64,000 bases of DNA, from the NCBI GenBank assembly GCA_963706955.1, contig CAVPOC010000013.1, positions 28,407 through 92,406 on the forward strand, written 5' to 3'. Numbering within the stretch: the first letter of the stretch is position 1; every line of letters begins with the position of its first letter. The stretch comes from an uncultured Verrucomicrobiae bacterium. GTDB taxonomy: Bacteria > Verrucomicrobiota > Verrucomicrobiia > Chthoniobacterales > Terrimicrobiaceae. Below the pieces are notes generated by a model, which did no database searches, was not told the origin of the DNA, and saw nothing but the letters and a program-made list of their open reading frames with translations. The translations under genes were made by a program, and so were the position numbers. Below, piece after piece: positions 58,590-64,000 of this stretch.

Positions 58590-58878
58590 AAACAGCTGCT
58601 AGCACTTTCAACATCCCCTCACAACAGCAAAACGGCCAAGGTCGAATTGGGTCATATCCGACATCAAGAAAGGCGAAGATCCCGTGTGGCAATGGCCAGA
58701 ATCAGTGCGTGAGCGTCATCCGCGTCGACTTACGCGAGAGCCGGCGATCGATTTGAATTTCGGCCTTGAAGCTGCAGCAAGGACGTTTTGTATGGGTCCA
58801 GGGGAGAGCACCTTCACATGCTCGCTTTCGTCGCTTGCCGAAATGCGGACCCGAGGTACCTCTTAAGGGGAAACCCTG

Positions 58879-61504
58879 ATGACGTTTCTTTCCATACCCC
58901 CCGGTAGGAATTGGCCCACGCGTTTCGTCCGCATGGTGGGACTTTTCGCTGCCGCCATGCTCGTTCCATGTGCAAGCAGCATCATAAACGCCGAGCCTGC
59001 GTCATCAGTGCCATTGCGACGCGTCCTCGTGCTCTACTCGGATGAACGACTCCTTCCGGCCAACCTCATCGCGGATGAGGCCATTCGGGCGACCTTCGCC
59101 GCCGAAAGCAAAGACCGCATCGAATTTCACAGCGAATTTCTGGACGTTTCTCGATTTCCCGGCGAGGCGCAGCAACAGCGTGAGCGGGATTTTTTGCGCG
59201 ATAAGTATCGGGAACGTCTTCCCGATCTGGTGATCGCCGGAGGCGGACCAGCCCTCGAGTTTCTGCTAAAATACCGAGCTGAACTGTTCGCTGACGTGCC
59301 AATTGTGCATTGTTCAGTGGACGCTGAGGCGCTTCCGAAGGAGATGCCGGATGCCAAGATCGCCGGCATTCCGATACATCGGTGGGCCGCATCGACTTTG
59401 GAACTGGCTCTGGGCTTGCAGCCGGAGACCCGCCATGTTGCAGTGATAGCCGGCAGCGCACTAGAGGACCTAGAATCAGCCGAGCGATTTCGGCGCGAAG
59501 CTGCCCTCTTTGCAGGCCGCGTGAGCTTCACTTGGCTGACCAACCTGTCGTTGTCAGACCTGCGCGTTCAATTGTCGCGTCTGCCGGATCACACGATAGT
59601 CCTCTACCTGACGATGTTCGAGGATGCCACCGGCGCTTCCTTCACGCCCCGGCAGGCGCTGGCCTTGTTTGCCCCGGCGAGCCGGGTGCCGATCTACGGT
59701 CTCTACGACACTTACCTTGGGAACGGAATTGTTGGCGGCTCGATGGTGACATTTGAGGAGATCGGCCGCAAAGTTGCCCGATTAGGAATGCGCGTCCTGG
59801 CCGGCGAAGACGCGCAAGCCGCCGCGCGATCCGAGTCGCACCAGGCGGCGCCGATGTTTGATTGGCGCGAGCTTCGGCGATGGAGCATCAGCGAGAAGCG
59901 GTTGCCGCCCGACAGTGTCGTCCGGTTCAGAGAGGCGACTTATTGGGAACGCCATCACCGGTTTATTATTGGGGCGATCACTTTGTGCAGTCTGCAGGCA
60001 TTCTTGATCGGCGCGCTGCTGATTCAACGCCGCCGTCGCCGGCTGGCCGAGAGTTTTCTTCGCGAGAGCGAACGGCGGATGAGCCTCGCTGCCGATGCAG
60101 CTAACCTTGGCATCTGGATTCGGCATTTCGTTGGGGACGAGATCTGGGCTACCGAGAAGTGGCGGGAATTGTTCGGCTTTGAGAAGTCGGAGCGGCTGGA
60201 CATGCAGTGACTTTCTCCAGCGGGTGCACCCGACCGATCGAGAACCAGTCCGTCAGCTTCTCGCCAAAGCGCTCCTGGATACGGCGGGCTATGAGACGGA
60301 ATATCGAATCGTGCTTCCCGACGGCTGAATTCGCTGGATTGCTGCCCGCGGCCGGACCGAGTTCGACGCCGAGCGCCGACCGCTCTTCATGCGCGGTATC
60401 TCGTTGGATATCACCCAGCGTAAACTCGCCGAGGAGGCATTGCAGGAAAGCGAGATCCGCTTTCGGACCATGGCCAACACCGCGCCTGTCATGATCTGGA
60501 TGTCGGACACCGACACGTTATGCACATTCTTCAATAAGAGTTGGCTGGACTTTACCGGTCGCGCGCTCGAGCAGGAACTCGGCAATGGATGGACCGCTGG
60601 TGTTCACCCTGAAGACTTCGACCACTGTCTCAAGACCTACGTCGATTCTTTCAATGCGCGAAGGGAGTTTTCCATGGATTACCGATTGCGGAGAAGCGAC
60701 GGTGAATATCGTTGGATTTTAGACATTGGCGTGCCGCGCTTTGCGTCGAATGGCACTTTCCTCGGGTATATCGGTTCTGCCATCGACATCACCGAGCGGC
60801 GACTCGCCGAGGAAACCGCACACAATCTGAGCGGGCGGCTAATCCACGCTCAAGAAGAGGAGCAGACGCGTCTCGCCCGCGAATTGCACGATGATTTGAG
60901 TCAGAGCCTCGCCTTGCTCTCTGTTGAGCTGGAGATGTTCGGCCGAAGTGCCTCGGGGGAGCGCGGGCAGATCGGCACGCGAATGGAGGAATTCTCTGCC
61001 CAGGTGAAGAGATTGTCTTCTGAAGTTCACCGGCTTTCCTACAAACTGCATCCGGCCAAACTCGAGCAGCTCGGCCTTGCAGCGGCGGTGCGCGGATTCT
61101 GCAAGGAGTTCGCGGCGGCTCATGAGATAGCTGTAGAGTTTGCCGACGGCTCCGTGCCGCGAGCGGTGCCGGCGGACACGGCGCTTTGTCTCTATCGCAT
61201 CGCGCAGGAGGCGCTGCACAACGTCGTTAAGCACAGCGGCGGAACCACGGCAAGAGTCGAACTGGCAATGGAGAATCGCGAACTGCGCCTTGCGGTCACG
61301 GATGACGGCGTCGGCTTTGAACCGGAGACGAAACGCGTCAATGGCTCGCTCGGCTTGGTCAGCATGGCCGAGCGGGCGCGCTTCGCTCATGGGCGGTTTT
61401 CCATCGAGTCGCATGCGGGTAAAGGCACAAGGATCGACGTCCGCGTGCCGATCGCCGCAAGCGATCTTTCCGATCGAGGATATCCAACACCAGTAGCGCA
61501 GTGA
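58879..61504 (+). pseudogene. Sensor histidine kinase (periplasmic binding domain, TM, two PAS, HisKA_3/HATPase), disrupted
   Basis: Frameshift at ~60205 and in-frame TGA at 60326-60328 (LPDG*IRWI). ARELHDD, QEALHNVVKH and DDGVGF lie in ORF 60389-61504. Confidence 0.85.
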
Positions 61505-62148
61505 ACCGCCGCCCCCGCGTCCTTCTTGCCGACGACCACACCATGCTTCTCGAGGCGTTCAGACGTTTGCTGGAGCCAAAGTGCGAAATCGTCGGGACCG
61601 CCGCTGACGGCCGCGCGCTCCTCGAGTTGGCCGCGAAAACTCAGCCCGAGGTGATCGTTCTCGACATCGCGATGCCGCGGCTCAATGGCATAGACGCCGG
61701 TGCCCAGCTTCGGCGACGGATGCCGAGCGTAAGGCTTGTCTTCCTCACGGTGAATGAAGATCCTGACATCGCGGCCGAAGCTATCCGTCTGGGGGCATCG
61801 GGCTATTTGCTGAAGAACTCGGCGTCAGGCGAGCTCTTCACCGCCATCGAGCGGGCGCTCGCGGGCCAGACCTACATCACGCCGCTCGTCACTAAAGGCG
61901 TACCACTCGGCGTCTTCCTTCGCCGGGCCACAAAACCTGTCACGGAGAAGCTCACTATGCGGCAGCGCGAAGTGCTGCAACTGCTCGCGGAAGGCCGAGC
62001 GATGAAGGAAGTTGCGGACCTCCTCGCGGTAAGCCCGCGCACGATCGCCTTTCACAAATACTCGATCATGGAGCAGCTCGGCGTGAAGACGAGCGCCGAG
62101 CTGGTGCAATATGCTCTCGAGCACGGAATGTTGAAAAAGCCCACGTGA
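61501..62148 (+). CDS. NarL/LuxR-family response regulator
   Basis: LADDH, LDIAMP, GYLLK and LT.RQREVLQLLAEG..MKEVA. Confidence 0.95.
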   Translation: MNRRPRVLLADDHTMLLEAFRRLLEPKCEIVGTAADGRALLELAAKTQPEVIVLDIAMPRLNGIDAGAQLRRRMPSVRLVFLTVNEDPDIAAEAIRLGASGYLLKNSASGELFTAIERALAGQTYITPLVTKGVPLGVFLRRATKPVTEKLTMRQREVLQLLAEGRAMKEVADLLAVSPRTIAFHKYSIMEQLGVKTSAELVQYALEHGMLKKPT

Positions 62149-62541
62149 GTTTACGCGTGCTAACGTAAAAATTTGACAATAACGGAGGTTGCCTCTTACG
62201 GCTACTAATGGCGTCGTGGCCAACGCTTCCTCGATTACGATGCGGGCTCCGCGGAGCGCACGCCTGCTGCTCGCTGATGATCATCTGGCGCTAGCTGGCG
62301 AATATTCGATGGTCGGTTCAGTGCGCGATACCAACTGAACAGCGTGACGGCCATGAACTGGGACATGTGGGGATCGCCTGGGGCACAGATGGGCAGTGCG
62401 ACAAAAGTGGCGCTGGCTGGAGCAGCATCTACAGATTGCACTGGCAGGAATATAGGCGTCGACGGGATTTTTTGATCAGAATCCTTGCCGCTATCCAACT
62501 GAAGCCGGCTCCAAAATGCAGGATCGGAGAGATCGAGTTCA

Positions 62542-63810
62542 TTACGCGTTCTTCACCTCATCATCCTTAGATTCGATAATAATTCTGGCGGCTCGGTCGT
62601 GCGTTAAGGCGGACCAGCCCCAATTCCACAGCGTTTCGATCCTGTTCCGCATTCCACTCAGTAGGGCCAGGTGAACACCCAACCAGGCGAAGTAGGCCAA
62701 TGGACCATGCAGAGTCAGCTTGTTTGGCAACTCTACCACCGCGGCGCCCCGCCCGATGGTAGCCATGAAGCCCTTATCCCAATACTTGAATGGCTGACCT
62801 GGCTCACCGGCAACGCGTCGGGTTATCTGTCGCCCGACATGCTCGCCCGACTGCATCGCTACCGACCCGAGTTGCGGCAGAACCTCTCCATCCGAGGCCA
62901 CTTCACCCATGTCACCTACGACGAAGATCTCAGGGTGGTCCGGAACGCTCAGATCGGCATTGAGCTTGACGCGCCCGCCGCGGCCCTGCGGCAATCCGAG
63001 TAAATCCGCCAGTGGGTTGGCCCGAACACCGGCAGCCCAAATCAAGGTGTGAGCTTGAATCTCTTCACCCGACTTCAGACGCACGAAGGTTGGTCCGACC
63101 TCAGCGACCGCTTCTCCGAGACGTACTTCAACTCGACGCCGCTCAAGCTCTTCTTTGGCGTAGGAACGCAAATTGTCTTTGAACGGGGCGAGCACTTCTT
63201 TCCCCCTCTCTACAATGATTACCCGCGCCTTCTCTGTAGCGAGCTGGTGGTAATCGCGGGGGAGAAGGTTGTAGAACAGATCTGAGAGTGCGCCCGCGGT
63301 CTCAACGCCCGTCGGCCCGGCGCCGACAATAACAAAATTGAGCGCACCTTTTTCAATCAGAGTGGGGTCGCGGTCGGCCGCTTCAAATCGTTCCAAAATT
63401 CGGCTGCGGAGCTTGACCGCATTCATGAGAGTGTAGAGCGGAAACGCATGCTCCGCGGCCCCGGGAGTGTTGAAATAGTTGACGGTCGCTCCCCCGGCCA
63501 GCACCAGGTAATCGTAAGAGACATGTTTGCCATCGCTCAGTTGGATTTTGTGACCTGGCATGTCAACCTGAGTCACCGTAGCCATGTGAAAGGTTACATT
63601 GTCCTGGTGCCGAAACAGACCGCGAATCGGCGCCCCCACATCTTCGGCGTTTAGCAAAGAAGTAGCTACCTGATAAAGCAGCGGCTGGAAGGTGTGGTAG
63701 TCGTGCTGGTCGATTAAAGTCACCTCGACAGGGACGTGGGCCAACTGCTCGGCCACTCCCAATCCACCAAATCCTGCCCCGACAATTACTACGTGTAGTG
63801 TATTACTCAT
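62542..63810 (-). CDS. ndh: Type II NADH dehydrogenase
   Basis: GAGFGG, FQPLLYQVAT, GAGPTGVE, WAAGV, VGD and DKG.MATIGR. Confidence 0.9.
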   Translation of the reverse strand: MSNTLHVVIVGAGFGGLGVAEQLAHVPVEVTLIDQHDYHTFQPLLYQVATSLLNAEDVGAPIRGLFRHQDNVTFHMATVTQVDMPGHKIQLSDGKHVSYDYLVLAGGATVNYFNTPGAAEHAFPLYTLMNAVKLRSRILERFEAADRDPTLIEKGALNFVIVGAGPTGVETAGALSDLFYNLLPRDYHQLATEKARVIIVERGKEVLAPFKDNLRSYAKEELERRRVEVRLGEAVAEVGPTFVRLKSGEEIQAHTLIWAAGVRANPLADLLGLPQGRGGRVKLNADLSVPDHPEIFVVGDMGEVASDGEVLPQLGSVAMQSGEHVGRQITRRVAGEPGQPFKYWDKGFMATIGRGAAVVELPNKLTLHGPLAYFAWLGVHLALLSGMRNRIETLWNWGWSALTHDRAARIIIESKDDEVKNA

Positions 63811-63931
63811 GATCTTTTTCTCTCCATTCGAACGAAGTTTTCATTTATTCGTTAATCTACAGCCCGTTCTTGATGAGCCCAAGAACGCTCACGCATGCAA
63901 GATTCCATCGGTACGCCCGCGACGGGACCGA

Positions 63932-64000
63932 CTACCTGGATTCTGTATCCTGGGAAATGAAATGCTGCGCTGGCCGCCACCGCGCCACTACGGCGAGGAG
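63932..64000 (-). CDS. 3' end of a gene entering from the right edge
   Basis: Open frame LLAVVARWRPAQHFISQDTESR* upstream of ndh. Confidence 0.3.
   Translation of the reverse strand, partial: LLAVVARWRPAQHFISQDTESR

Overview
A GC-rich bacterial chromosomal window. The gene content (a VPDSG-CTERM-type tail, a DUF5069-like protein) suggests Verrucomicrobiota, which is an inference. Bases 1-32.6 kb are mostly core and signalling genes: mgtE, two class III adenylate cyclases, a TPR protein, a radical SAM AmrS with a LigB/Memo-like partner, a serpin, purS-purQ-purL, lnt, an APC permease, an FG-GAP protein with MurU-like, AmgK-like and glgE genes, ubiE/menG, tRNA-Leu(CAG), two PPIases, ygfZ and tRNA-Tyr(GTA). 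The pur operon is interrupted by a GxxExxY gene bracketed by inverted 9-bp repeat arrays and by an internally deleted miniature copy of that unit. tRNA-Tyr is an integration hotspot. A 10.3-kb phage/satellite-like element (tyrosine integrase, HTH, replication protein, DnaB-like helicase, ClpP-like prohead protease) is bounded by a 60-bp duplication of the tRNA 3' part. It is followed by a 5.1-kb integrase-less island with a homologous left end. Five co-oriented copies of a hairpin-rich, tRNA-linked ~60-140-bp repeat follow, and the distal copies separate single-gene modules (gluconolactonase, ricin-like lectin, DUF4157 nuclease-like protein, DUF1254). The right end holds a dehydrogenase/aldolase operon, a broken PAS sensor kinase with a LuxR regulator, and a type II NADH dehydrogenase. 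Many single-base frameshifts occur from ~29 kb onward, including in core genes, so some apparent pseudogenes may be assembly errors. All family calls come from motif recognition by eye, not from database searches.
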